From IMG/VR virus record IMGVR_UViG_3300032319_000936, positions 116,759 to 180,758 of that record: a DNA stretch of 64,000 nt; one strand, 5' to 3'. Shown piece by piece: positions 39,991 through 51,000 of the stretch (positions within the stretch are counted from its first letter, which is position 1; each line of letters starts with the position of its first letter). A program made the translations under genes and the position numbers. The notes under the pieces are model-generated. The model made no database searches. It worked only from the letters and a program-made list of their open reading frames with translations, and was not told the origin of the DNA. The DNA comes from a virus. Lineage: Duplodnaviria > Caudoviricetes.

Positions 39991-42192
39991 TTAGATATTA
40001 TTATTTGTTAAACTTTTTCCTATAGCATCAACCTGAAATATCAAGTTATTCTGATCGATACATACGATTTCCAGAACTGGCATATAATCATAACCGGAGA
40101 AGAAATCGGAATCTAATGAAATAATCAGTGTTGAATAAGGGGTTCCTGTTGGATTTGAAACTGGATATTCACCTGTTGCATTAGTCAGGATATTAACAAA
40201 GAATGCAGAAGGATAGATTCTATCACCAAAGGTTATCCTGCATCTTTGCCCAGTCTTCCATCTAACGGTAGTATCCTGCAATCTGATGTTTAGATCCTGT
40301 GTTAAAGTTATCGGTATTCCGTTATTTACATGTTTGAAGTAGTTAGAAAACTCAACTAACGGTATTATATTAGAACCAGTTTGTGTCAGAGTACCAACAC
40401 CGTAATTTGATCCTATATTAAAATCTTGATTCGAGTTGTTTATATAAAGCTCATTTGGTATTGTCCTATCGACATTAATACCCATTCCCTGTTTTACTAA
40501 ATCAAGATCATATGAAACAGTTATAGAGGATTGCCCATTTATAATGGATCTCATAATATCATAGTTTTGATCTATGAGCTGCATGACTGCGTTCGTGTTC
40601 GTAAATAACGATTGATTAGCAGCATATGAAGCTTCAAGCTGTAATATTCTAGCTTCAAGAGTAGCTGTGGTTGTGCTAGATAGAAGCAAATCCTCCATAG
40701 CAGTAACTCTCTGTTCTAAGAAGATAAACTGTGAAGCAGTGTCATTGATAGTACCAGAAGCATCTTGCAATACATTCATAGCATCCATAAACATAGACAG
40801 CGAGAATGACGAATAGTCATTTATAGCCTGCTCTACACCAGTCTGATCCACATCGGTATCAAACTTAAGATTGATTTTAAATCCGTAAGAGTTACCATTT
40901 AGTTTAGTAACTGGGTTTGGTCTATATTTACTAAATCTAGGTATGAAGGAATCACCAGATGCTGAATTAACATCATCTAGAAAAAGAACACCATATAAGT
41001 TAGTTGCAACGTCAGCTTCATTAGCAGGATCGTACACATCGTAGTAAATAAGAACGGCATTAAAATCAAAGTCGTTAGCATCAGAAGTAGAGTTAAATTC
41101 CTCTAGCGTAGAGATATTAGGGTTATCAATAATCTGCTTATATGAATTTGGATCAAAATCTAATCCTATCGAATCGAGGTTTGATCTAACGAATTCCCAA
41201 TTTGTTATCGATCCATAAGTCTTGCTTAGGACCTTGTTATATGGGTTAACAAAAGAATCATCAGAAAAATAACTGTTTGGTGTATCTAGAGGTGCATACC
41301 AGTTCCCAGTGTAAGTAGATCCATCGAAGGTATCACTATAAGAAACAGTTGGTACACCTGAAGCTTCCTCGTCAAAGATAGCTAAAGTGCTTAACCCCGA
41401 GGGATTTACATCCAAATAAGATCTTCCCGTTAGATATTCGGCATCTAAAGGGTCTGAAGGATTATTAGTCCAGGTAAAATCTGGGTAGTAATTAGTATCA
41501 ACAACGTTCTTAAATAAAACAGTAGGAGTGCTACCGTCAGAGGTTGGCACATATACATAAACCTCAGAATAAGCATTATCTTGATTTCTAACAGAGTTAA
41601 CAATATCAAGACCACCAATATACTGAACCACTTTGCTATAAGGACCAGTTAATCCATAACCACCGGTTTGCCCAGTGGGCTCATCACCCTCAACATATCT
41701 TTTCTGTGTTACAGGCAATCCATTGGAATCGAACGTAACGCTATTTTGGTCCAAAGACGGTGACACTTGTTCGGAAGAAGCCGCTTTAAATCTCAAAGCA
41801 CCAATCTCTCTCATCCATTTCCAGAAAACTCTCTCAGAGACATTCTGTTTTAGAGATGGATCATATCCATCGCTGCTGGTTATAGTTGTTTCTAAATTTA
41901 AACAGTACGATTGAAAGCTTTGAGAGAATGCAATGTTAGCATCACTAGGTACGAGATTATATGTAGCAGTACTCCAATCTATAAATGCACTATCCGGAGC
42001 GTTTAATTTAACCGTATTATCCTGAGAAGCAGTGGTGCTAATATCAGGAATATTCAATAGTGCAAATTTGGAAAACCTGAATTTATTGACCGAATTATTA
42101 AATGTAAAAGCAAGGTCCTCTGCCGCTGAACTAAATGTATAAAAAGTTCCGCCCTGAACTTGCAGGGGTCTAATAAAAGGGGTTTTTGCCAT
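39991..42192 (-). CDS. Putative virion structural protein (733 aa)
   Basis: Long ORF with a coiled coil (LEARILQLE). Confidence 0.7.
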   Translation of the reverse strand: MAKTPFIRPLQVQGGTFYTFSSAAEDLAFTFNNSVNKFRFSKFALLNIPDISTTASQDNTVKLNAPDSAFIDWSTATYNLVPSDANIAFSQSFQSYCLNLETTITSSDGYDPSLKQNVSERVFWKWMREIGALRFKAASSEQVSPSLDQNSVTFDSNGLPVTQKRYVEGDEPTGQTGGYGLTGPYSKVVQYIGGLDIVNSVRNQDNAYSEVYVYVPTSDGSTPTVLFKNVVDTNYYPDFTWTNNPSDPLDAEYLTGRSYLDVNPSGLSTLAIFDEEASGVPTVSYSDTFDGSTYTGNWYAPLDTPNSYFSDDSFVNPYNKVLSKTYGSITNWEFVRSNLDSIGLDFDPNSYKQIIDNPNISTLEEFNSTSDANDFDFNAVLIYYDVYDPANEADVATNLYGVLFLDDVNSASGDSFIPRFSKYRPNPVTKLNGNSYGFKINLKFDTDVDQTGVEQAINDYSSFSLSMFMDAMNVLQDASGTINDTASQFIFLEQRVTAMEDLLLSSTTTATLEARILQLEASYAANQSLFTNTNAVMQLIDQNYDIMRSIINGQSSITVSYDLDLVKQGMGINVDRTIPNELYINNSNQDFNIGSNYGVGTLTQTGSNIIPLVEFSNYFKHVNNGIPITLTQDLNIRLQDTTVRWKTGQRCRITFGDRIYPSAFFVNILTNATGEYPVSNPTGTPYSTLIISLDSDFFSGYDYMPVLEIVCIDQNNLIFQVDAIGKSLTNNNI

Positions 42193-42213
42193 CTTCTTCT
42201 ATCCTTTGTTTTT

Positions 42214-43137
42214 TTAGCTAGCTGTAACGTTCTGGCCACCTAATATAATCCATGAACCTCTTTGCTGTGTTTGGCTGCTTGCAATTCTAGATTCCCACTG
42301 TAGGGTGACTGAGCTTCTATATGGCGTATTAGCTGCGAAAGTGATACCTGTATATGAGCCATACGTATTGTCAGTATTAAACCCGGTATAGTAGGTTTGT
42401 GTTACCCCAGTAACTCCAGTTGCAATAAAAGGAGTTGTTGCTCTTGCAGTGTTAACGATAGTAACCCTATATCCAGAAGGCAAACTAGAGGCTGTACCTC
42501 CGCTTCCGCCAACCACTTGCATGTAAAATCCGGTTGGACCACAGTTTGCATAGATAACATCTTCAGTTCCAGTGAGGACATAAGGATTGTTAACATTAGT
42601 AGATATACCACCGCCACCTACACCAGATGTACTAACAGGAAATGCAGAAGTTAATCCAGGTGCTCCACCAGCTAATGATCCATTAGTGCTCCAGTTGTTT
42701 GCGTGAACCTCATTGGAATAAGCCCCGTAAGTAGATCTTCCAGTATAACCAACGTTACCAGCAAAGCTAGCTGTTACACCAGCTGCTTGGGTTAGATTAC
42801 CAGCTATCCCTAATGCCCCACTAAATGTGGATGCTCCAGATACTGCTAGTGTCTGTGTTGACGTTGAAACGAAAGAAGCAGCACCGTTACTTGCTATTGA
42901 TGATAGTGCAGTACCTGACGCAGGAGTGGAGAAAGTGTTTGCTCTAATAGTCAAAGCAGAAACTCTACCCGTTGAAGCTCCGGTCAAATCCATTACACCC
43001 GTAGAGGTGTCTATTCCAAATACATTTTCGAATCCATTTATCCAATTCTGAAGAATTAGAAAGTTGGAATTTATAGTAATTCTGGATCCTGATATCGAAT
43101 CGGAACCTAAAATTTCAGTAATACTTACAGATGCCAT
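42214..43137 (-). CDS. Putative fibre/structural protein
   Basis: ILGSDSISGSRITINSNF N-terminus related to the fibre paralogues; G/S/T-rich; GATATATA upstream at 43170. Confidence 0.65.
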   Translation of the reverse strand: MASVSITEILGSDSISGSRITINSNFLILQNWINGFENVFGIDTSTGVMDLTGASTGRVSALTIRANTFSTPASGTALSSIASNGAASFVSTSTQTLAVSGASTFSGALGIAGNLTQAAGVTASFAGNVGYTGRSTYGAYSNEVHANNWSTNGSLAGGAPGLTSAFPVSTSGVGGGGISTNVNNPYVLTGTEDVIYANCGPTGFYMQVVGGSGGTASSLPSGYRVTIVNTARATTPFIATGVTGVTQTYYTGFNTDNTYGSYTGITFAANTPYRSSVTLQWESRIASSQTQQRGSWIILGGQNVTAS

Positions 43138-43201
43138 TTTTTATTATTTTTTTATCCTTTTTTCAGGTTTATATATCGAAGAGAAATTATATCAATAAAC
43201 A

Positions 43202-43882
43202 CTAATCTCTAAAGTCACCATAAACTCTAAGGATCGGTTCCACTATTTCATGTCTATGATTAGTTTTAAGAGAGATTACTTTAACACCCTTAACATTCTC
43301 CTCCAATCTAGCAAAAAAGCTTATTCCGCTTTCCTTTTTATTCTTGAGATCCGATTGTGTTATGTCCCCACAGAAAACCATTTTACCACCTTTACCTAAA
43401 CGACCTAACATCATCTCGGTTTGACTGTGTGTGATGTTTTGACACTCGTCAACAACAACGAAAGAGTTAGGGAATGTTCTACCTCTCATAAATGCAAAAG
43501 GCACTATCTCTATTTGATTCTCAGCTAGCATCTTGTCAACTTTCTCTCTGTCGTATAACAGATGGAGATTTGAATAGATTGGAGCCAACCAAGGATCCAT
43601 TTTTTCCTTAAGATCGCCAGGCAAAAATCCTATGTCCTCTTTTGCTACAGTCGGTCTTGTAATGATGATTTTTTCAATCTCCCTTTTGAAGAACATATCC
43701 ATAGCAACCTGGCAAGCAACTAAAGTCTTACCCGATCCGGCCTGACCTTTTATCAAGACAACAGGATTGTCATAGATCAGTGATTTTGCTATTTTTTGCT
43801 CCTCGTTTAATTCAATTTTGAATCTTATCGGATTTTTAGGTTTTCTTTTTTCCGAATTTGGGATTTTTGATAATTTTTCCAT
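43202..43882 (-). CDS. phoH: PhoH-family ATPase
   Basis: GQAGSGKT, TRP, GFLPGDLKEK, MRGRT, DECQN, GDITQSD and RH motifs. Confidence 0.95.
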   Translation of the reverse strand: MEKLSKIPNSEKRKPKNPIRFKIELNEEQKIAKSLIYDNPVVLIKGQAGSGKTLVACQVAMDMFFKREIEKIIITRPTVAKEDIGFLPGDLKEKMDPWLAPIYSNLHLLYDREKVDKMLAENQIEIVPFAFMRGRTFPNSFVVVDECQNITHSQTEMMLGRLGKGGKMVFCGDITQSDLKNKKESGISFFARLEENVKGVKVISLKTNHRHEIVEPILRVYGDFRD

Positions 43883-43935
43883 ATTATATATTATATTACT
43901 TATAAACAAAAAGGATTCGATTTATCCACTTATTT

Positions 43936-46900
43936 TTATTGATTAAAAGTGGCGTCAGGATTATCCTTAATAACTAGGTTTGAAACGAAAGGTAATTTAT
44001 TATTTTTAGCATTTTCAATTTGATCTTGAGCCATTGTTTTCTCTAAAGCTTGTAGCTTCTGATCAGTGTTTAACGGTGGTATTGGCCATCCGTAATCTGA
44101 GGAGTTAACAGCGAAAGGATTTTTATCATTGGGGTTTTTATCTGTGTAATTCACTACAGTGACAAAAGCAGGATTAGATACTTCATATACATTTCCGAAT
44201 GCATCCTCCACTGAATTGTAAATGGAGTAATAGCCCTCCTGAGCGAATGTATAAATAAAATAAGGGGTGTTCTTAACATTCAATATCTCAGTACCAGTTC
44301 TTGCATCGCTTAGCACCCATACATTATTCTGCTTTCCGTAGATAGCAGAATTGTAATTGGAGAAGAAAACAGTGCAAAGCTGTGGTAGTGTAAGCCCCTT
44401 ATCAGATTGGTGTACATCACACCACGTCCATGGGTTTGAACCAGGTCTAGATATAATCTGCCCCATATTGACTCCCAATTGAGGAATATATTGCTCAGAT
44501 AGGAAGGAATACACATTAGCATTAGAATTCGTTGTAACATAATCCAACCAAGCAGGTCCTGTTGATCCAGAAACAAAGGGGGAAAGATTATTGCCGGTAA
44601 AAAATATGTTCCCTATTGAATCGGAAGAGAATATGTTACCGTATATGGTTTTAACATTTTCTAAACTTAATGTGCTCACTACTCCAGTATTTAAGTCTTG
44701 TTTAAAGACGTAAGTTTTCTGTAAACTAGCTGAAGATGAAGCGGATGTCGCACCTGCGAAAAAGCCAATGAGATTACCGGTTTCTGTAGCAATAGGTCTA
44801 GAATTCCAAATATCACCGTCTGTTTGTATCGGTGATCCTGATGTGGTTTGTGTAATTGTCTGTATATTAGGCAAAGGACCGAATATTACTTTCTCCGTGG
44901 AATTTGAGGGGTTTACAAAACCAGTTACTAAGTACTGGCTGGGGAGACCAAGCTCTATATCTTTACCGAGATATGTGCCAGATGTAGCTCCATAGTGCTG
45001 ATTAGTCACCGTATAATAACCATTATACTTGCTTAGGTATCCGGCATTTCTTACGGACGGCTTTAAATCTGAAATATTAGACCCAAAAGAACTAAAGAAA
45101 CTTCCGGTGATACCTATGTTACCAGGGTCTGAATAATCCATGATAAAATAGAAAGGCTTAAAACCGCTGTAAACAGTAGGATTGGTAAGTGTAACCCCGG
45201 TTACATTGATGCTAATATTAGTGGAACCATTAACCGCTATGGTCTCCGTTCCAGACAGGGAAGCTACAGAAACAGAAGCTATACTATCAACCCCATTATT
45301 ATTAATCTGTGCCGCTGCTCTTAAGCTGAAATCTACGGAATTCATGATGATTACGCCGTTAACGTCGGATGAGGTACCGTTATTTCCTAATTGATCAGGT
45401 ACATAAATGTTATCAGTAGTTCTATTCCAGGAATTCTTTAGTGTTGATATTTTATAAGTAGGTGTAACATAATCAGTCTGGAAAGATAAAGCCAATTTAT
45501 CCAAAGACGAATCCATCATTAACTGTTCAACCGTATTTGCGTTTACCGAGCTAACATCAGAAGGAAAGTGTCTAAAATTCTTAACCTGATACTTCCAATC
45601 GGTCTCGGAGTTAACGTCCCTTAGAGAAGTCGTGTTTCCAATATTGTTAGTTAATTCCATTACGAAAATACCAGAACCTGCCTCTATTGAGATAGTATCT
45701 GTTGCTCCGTTTCTAATTAGGGGGAAAGATAACTGGTTCCAATACCAGAAATCAAAAGTATAATCACTTCCCGAGGTTAAGCTTTGCGATCCTGATACCC
45801 ATGTAACACCCATACAGTAAACGTCGGAATTAAAATTACTATCTGGTAAAAAATATGTTATTGTATCAATCCTGTAATAAGCACCTCCTATTTGTACCAC
45901 CATTCCGGTGTACAAATCAGAACCTGCCGTGGAAAGAGATCCTACTGTCGGTGACTGACCAACAGAAATGTACTTAATTGCGGTTGAACTTGATAAATTA
46001 CCAGAAACCTGTGTTATGCCGTCCTCGCCATATAATCTAAAATTAGAATCTGATGTACTTGCACTGGACGGATCCACATAAGTCCACTGTATTCCTATAT
46101 TAGGAGAATATTCACCTGTTCCGCCCGGTGTATAAATCCAGCTATAATCAGTGTCAAGTCCTGGAACATCTGAATTAGTTAACCCGATGGGTGCACCAGT
46201 AGGACCTACAGTAGGGGCTACGGAAGACCAAATATAGTCTCCAACCTCTATTAGTCCATTGAATGATCCTCCAACATAGATTGAATTTCCGTCCTCTGAT
46301 GGTATTATTCTTAGCACCTTTGTGCTTTTACCAGAAACTCCCATAGAATCAACCACTCTTCCCTCCTCGTCGTAACTAGCTATAAAACCAGTATATGAAT
46401 CCGTTGCCATAAAGGGTGAATCTGATGCATCATGAGTCTGTCCCCCCTGTATAGAAAGTGATCCCGCTAGAGAAGGATTACTAGCAAAAAGATAAGAATC
46501 GTCACCGTTTATATCTTTTCCCAGTAGAATACCGCTGTATGATGGAGGGAGCTGAGCCCCATTACTAAAAGGCTCATATATGCCTATTATAGCCCCACCT
46601 ATAACATATCTTTTATGTGATCCTGTATCAATTATACAATTGGTATAAATCTCGAAACCCGGGACACTTGAAAGATTTGAAACTATCTGTGCCCATTTAG
46701 CTTCTTGTACGCTATCTACTAAATCCATATCCTCCACGGAAGGTATTGGTGGATTATTCCAATAAGCCTGCTTGCCAGCTTCACCGGAGGCTATATCTGA
46801 AAGCTCCGTTGTTAGAAAAAGATTCCTTGGATCCAGGCCAGGGAACTTGTACTGCAAGTAATCTGTTTGGTATGCCTGCCAATATGGGTATTCCCAGGTG

Positions 46901-48039
46901 TACTTATTAACACCAGGTATGGAGTTAGCAAAAGGTCTAGTACTTCCAGTTGCCTGTGTGTAGTAAGTGAAATTCCATCCTGTTGCACCCTGCTGTAAAC
47001 TAGAAGCTTTCACATAAGGAACCTCATATGAAAGTCTATCTAGCTGATTTTGAGCTAGTATCCAAAGATCGTTTTCGTAAGTCAAAACACCGTCCTGGTT
47101 TCTGTTTCTATTTTGTATGCCCAGTGAAAGTATCTGATTACTTCCGCTAAGACCAATTAGAGAACCGGTAACGCCATTAAAGTGATATAGTCCAGGACCA
47201 ATATCATAATTACCCCAAAATACGTGGCCGTTGTCCCTTATCGCTAAACTAGTAACACTAGCAGTAGCACCTGGTGTATCAAATGTCTGCCACGTTTGGA
47301 AATCCCAGAATTGGAGTTTTCCGGAGTCAGACCCAGACCATAAATTAAAATTCTCATCGAATCCAAGAGAGTATATGTTATCGCTTAGGTTTGAGAAATT
47401 CGATGAATTGTAAAAGTTAGCAGAAGGAATATATGGTATATTACCTTCTAGGTAAGAAACACCAAGTTCTTCACCTGGAATTTCTATTATACCCTGGCTT
47501 GTGCCTAGATAATATCTATAGTCGTCCCCTCCAAACCCTCTAGCTTTAATGTCGTAAATGTGAGGCCAGATGTACCCGTCTGCAACTCTTTTCCAAGAGT
47601 CATTTGGTATGTCATATCTATAAAGAAATCCACCCGTTAAGCCAGCAGATCCGGTTCCGCCTAATGTTAAGAAAGCTAAAACATCATTGCCATACGGACA
47701 AGCATATATTTTAGAAACCTCTATCGGGGTATTAAAAGTCCCTATGTCATTAAATGACCAGGACTTTCCAATATTGATATCGTCCGGTGCTATATAGAAA
47801 ATAGCGGTATCGTCTAGTGATGCTATCTCCGCACAGCCAACCCATTTAGTTCCATCTGGAGAAATTGATATGGTTCTCGTGTCCAGATAGTAAGGAGCTG
47901 CTGAAGGAACTGCTGAATTTTGATAATTATAGTAGGTCCAGGTTGCTCCATTGAACATTCTTAGATCTTGGCCTACTGCCCAAATTTTGTCATTCGAATC
48001 TATATCGAATCCTAGTGTGTATAATCCTGAGTATGGCAT
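43936..48039 (-). CDS. Large virion protein with beta-propeller repeats (Reg_prop-like) and a C-terminal PKD-like region
   Basis: Repeats such as IDSNDKIWA, ISPDGTKWVG, FDENFNLWSG and FNGATWTYY. Confidence 0.65.
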   Translation of the reverse strand: MPYSGLYTLGFDIDSNDKIWAVGQDLRMFNGATWTYYNYQNSAVPSAAPYYLDTRTISISPDGTKWVGCAEIASLDDTAIFYIAPDDINIGKSWSFNDIGTFNTPIEVSKIYACPYGNDVLAFLTLGGTGSAGLTGGFLYRYDIPNDSWKRVADGYIWPHIYDIKARGFGGDDYRYYLGTSQGIIEIPGEELGVSYLEGNIPYIPSANFYNSSNFSNLSDNIYSLGFDENFNLWSGSDSGKLQFWDFQTWQTFDTPGATASVTSLAIRDNGHVFWGNYDIGPGLYHFNGVTGSLIGLSGSNQILSLGIQNRNRNQDGVLTYENDLWILAQNQLDRLSYEVPYVKASSLQQGATGWNFTYYTQATGSTRPFANSIPGVNKYTWEYPYWQAYQTDYLQYKFPGLDPRNLFLTTELSDIASGEAGKQAYWNNPPIPSVEDMDLVDSVQEAKWAQIVSNLSSVPGFEIYTNCIIDTGSHKRYVIGGAIIGIYEPFSNGAQLPPSYSGILLGKDINGDDSYLFASNPSLAGSLSIQGGQTHDASDSPFMATDSYTGFIASYDEEGRVVDSMGVSGKSTKVLRIIPSEDGNSIYVGGSFNGLIEVGDYIWSSVAPTVGPTGAPIGLTNSDVPGLDTDYSWIYTPGGTGEYSPNIGIQWTYVDPSSASTSDSNFRLYGEDGITQVSGNLSSSTAIKYISVGQSPTVGSLSTAGSDLYTGMVVQIGGAYYRIDTITYFLPDSNFNSDVYCMGVTWVSGSQSLTSGSDYTFDFWYWNQLSFPLIRNGATDTISIEAGSGIFVMELTNNIGNTTSLRDVNSETDWKYQVKNFRHFPSDVSSVNANTVEQLMMDSSLDKLALSFQTDYVTPTYKISTLKNSWNRTTDNIYVPDQLGNNGTSSDVNGVIIMNSVDFSLRAAAQINNNGVDSIASVSVASLSGTETIAVNGSTNISINVTGVTLTNPTVYSGFKPFYFIMDYSDPGNIGITGSFFSSFGSNISDLKPSVRNAGYLSKYNGYYTVTNQHYGATSGTYLGKDIELGLPSQYLVTGFVNPSNSTEKVIFGPLPNIQTITQTTSGSPIQTDGDIWNSRPIATETGNLIGFFAGATSASSSASLQKTYVFKQDLNTGVVSTLSLENVKTIYGNIFSSDSIGNIFFTGNNLSPFVSGSTGPAWLDYVTTNSNANVYSFLSEQYIPQLGVNMGQIISRPGSNPWTWCDVHQSDKGLTLPQLCTVFFSNYNSAIYGKQNNVWVLSDARTGTEILNVKNTPYFIYTFAQEGYYSIYNSVEDAFGNVYEVSNPAFVTVVNYTDKNPNDKNPFAVNSSDYGWPIPPLNTDQKLQALEKTMAQDQIENAKNNKLPFVSNLVIKDNPDATFNQ

Positions 48040-48070
48040 TCAATTATATATTGCATTAAAAAATAAGGGA

Positions 48071-51000
48071 TCAACTTCTGTATGGTGGGGTTGTACCGGT
48101 TGATGCGGACACAGCAAAAATATTTTCCACTGTGTTAGCAAGATCCGATGTGTTAGCTAATGTGGATGGGTCTATTCCAGGAGGCATAACCGTATAGTAG
48201 AAGTCAGTAATATAGTCATCACTAGAGTTATTAAGCTGATCCGCAACTTCTTGGAGTGTTAATGTGCTAGGTGAAGCAGCGGTAAATGTTACACCAACTG
48301 GAGCTGGATAAAGCTCAGTTGCAGTACTTAATTTTAGATAATCCCCGTCAGTTGCAGTGTGTATCTCAAATCCACCTAGCCATTCCCCGTTGTAAGCAAA
48401 ATCTTCCCAAGAGTGAGCATAAGCATCAACCCATTGGCTCTCCTCGAATATCTGCCAATCTAGATTTTTAACACCCCAATATTTTAAATTAGCATTAGGG
48501 TATGTCTCAGAAGTTTCGTTCCAGTATGTGTAGCCATAATAAGATCCAGTTCCGCCGCTTAGCGAGGTGGAGAAAGTAGGTACAGATATAGATCCAGTAA
48601 CGACCGTTGTTAAAATGGATCCATTAAATTGAGCACCCGTTATATCAGGAGCCTGTATCGTAACTATATTTGTAGCACCAATTGGATCAGGGGAAGAAGC
48701 ATAGTAATCTGGGTATGTAACCAGTTGATTTATAGAGGCAACTAAGCTGTTTGTGGTCTTATAAAGGTTATCTCCGTTTGTTGTTTCTCCAATTAGTCTA
48801 TTGTCAATATAGACTTTAATAGATCCCGGTGTGGCAACCGTTTCGTTGCCGTTTAAGGTAACCGAATTCTGGTTAGATGAATACACCACACCAGACATGG
48901 ACGTATCTAGTGTAAGTGATATTGAAAAAATAGTAGTACTGAATATTTCCTGCACCTGCCAGTTTCCATTAACCTCCGGGGTATCCGAGTTGCATATCCA
49001 AATATAGTCTCCAACTGAAAGACCATGAGCAGCAGATGTGGTAATTTCAGCAAATCCAAATGTTCCGGGATAAGCTGGTGAATCTGGAGAAGCTATAGAG
49101 GTTGGTGTTAATATTGATTGTGACAGTTCTAAATATCCGGTTGCTCCTATAGGATCCGAATATGCTCCGACATATAAACTCTGACCCTCCTCAACATTAT
49201 TACCATAAGTTGCATAAGCAAGCATCTGAGCTGGCATTTCTTTATTCAGCTCTTGATAAGTCATTCCCTCAGCGGGATATTCCCATATCGACTGATAAAG
49301 CTCCCATGGCTTGTACACTTGCTCCCAGTCATAATACTCTACTTCTCTGTATCTCGTCCATGCATCGATATCAATTGTACAAGGAGCAACCTCAATCAGG
49401 TTGTTCTTAATTACATTTGTTTTTGCATTAAATCCGTCATAGACATTACAGATGACCTTATATTTTCCGGTGTAAGGCAGAAAGTGTGAAAATTTATAAT
49501 AACTTAGAATATTCCCTCTAAATTCATAATAATAGGGTAAACCTGGTTCTGTTGGTATCTTCTGTATGATCCACTCGATTTCAAACATGTTCGAGAAATC
49601 TACATTAGTCCATGTTAACATTAGGTATTCCTGTATCGGAGAAACTAAAAGCTCACCACCTACCGTTACAGATCCACCTACATCCTTCAGCAAGGTATAT
49701 TCGCCAGCTGCATAGTTAATTGATGTTACAGTTCCGTAATATCCACCGGTTAAACCAAATGTAGCGAAATCCTGATACTGTCTAACCAATGCATAGTCAC
49801 CCACATTAAATAAAGGAAGTGTCAGGGAGCTCCAACTCATGCTCATTTCACTCCAAAGCCATGTATCAGTTAGCAATTCAAGAACAACTGGCATGCCCAG
49901 TGGGTTCTGATACTGTTGTCCACTTATTGGGTCAACTAGAGGATTTGGATCCTGTATACCATCGCCAAGTTTTTTTAGATTACCATTCTCCTTTTGTTGA
50001 TACCAATTGGAGATGGCCTGAACCATAGTAGCATTCTCTGCGGCAGATCTAGTTTGCAGATAATAAAGCGGATCTGAAATGTTTCCAAAATCAGAAACAG
50101 GCGAAGGTAAAACTGAGATGGTGCCATTTATAAAAGAGGGGTTAACAGTGGAGTAATAATACACAGTAGTAACCTCTTGCGGGTTTACATACCACTCCAG
50201 AGGTGTAGCCCCTGTCGTACCATTCCCAGTAACACCCAGTGGATCAGTTTGAGTCGGATATGGGGTAGTGCTTAGATAAAAATCATAATCACCAACCTGT
50301 ACAGACTGTATATTAGCAGTAAGATTGAAATTATATTGCTTGCCTGCATAAACCTGTAAAGTCTGATTTCCGCCTGTAGCTGTAATTCCTTCAAAATATA
50401 GAGCACCGCCGGACGAGCCCGTAGCACCGTACAATTCAACGTTAACACTAACCAGATCACCGTAATTTTCAGGTGTTTGTAGTGCTGTTGAGTAGGGTCT
50501 GGTTGAAAAAGCTCTTAGGTCCTCAATAAATCCAAAATCAGGATTGGCTACTATATCAAGATAAAATCCGGACTGTATATCGGATCTAACCATAGAATCA
50601 GTCCAAGCTTTAGTGTTGTAAACCGTAAAGTAAATACCTTCACCACAGATATCAACTATTCTTGCATTCAACGGAAGATATGTTGCTTTAAGTCTTTCCT
50701 TAAGAGCAAAAAGTTTAATTAAAACCTCTTCCTGTGTGAAAGTAAACGAGTCAACAACAACTGGATATCCGTAAACATCAACATCCGTTGTTTGTTTGTT
50801 AAGATCATAATAAAGACCAAATAAGGATGTCTTTTTATAAGTTCTGCTAGGAACTAAAGTAGACTCAGAAGAGACATCAAGAACGTAAGTTCCATCCGGG
50901 CCTGGTCCATATGTCTGCTCTAACCTATACTTTCCTTTATTAGCATTATCTAAAACATCGCTAATTAGAACACTCTGACTATAAGATCCACCATTTTGAT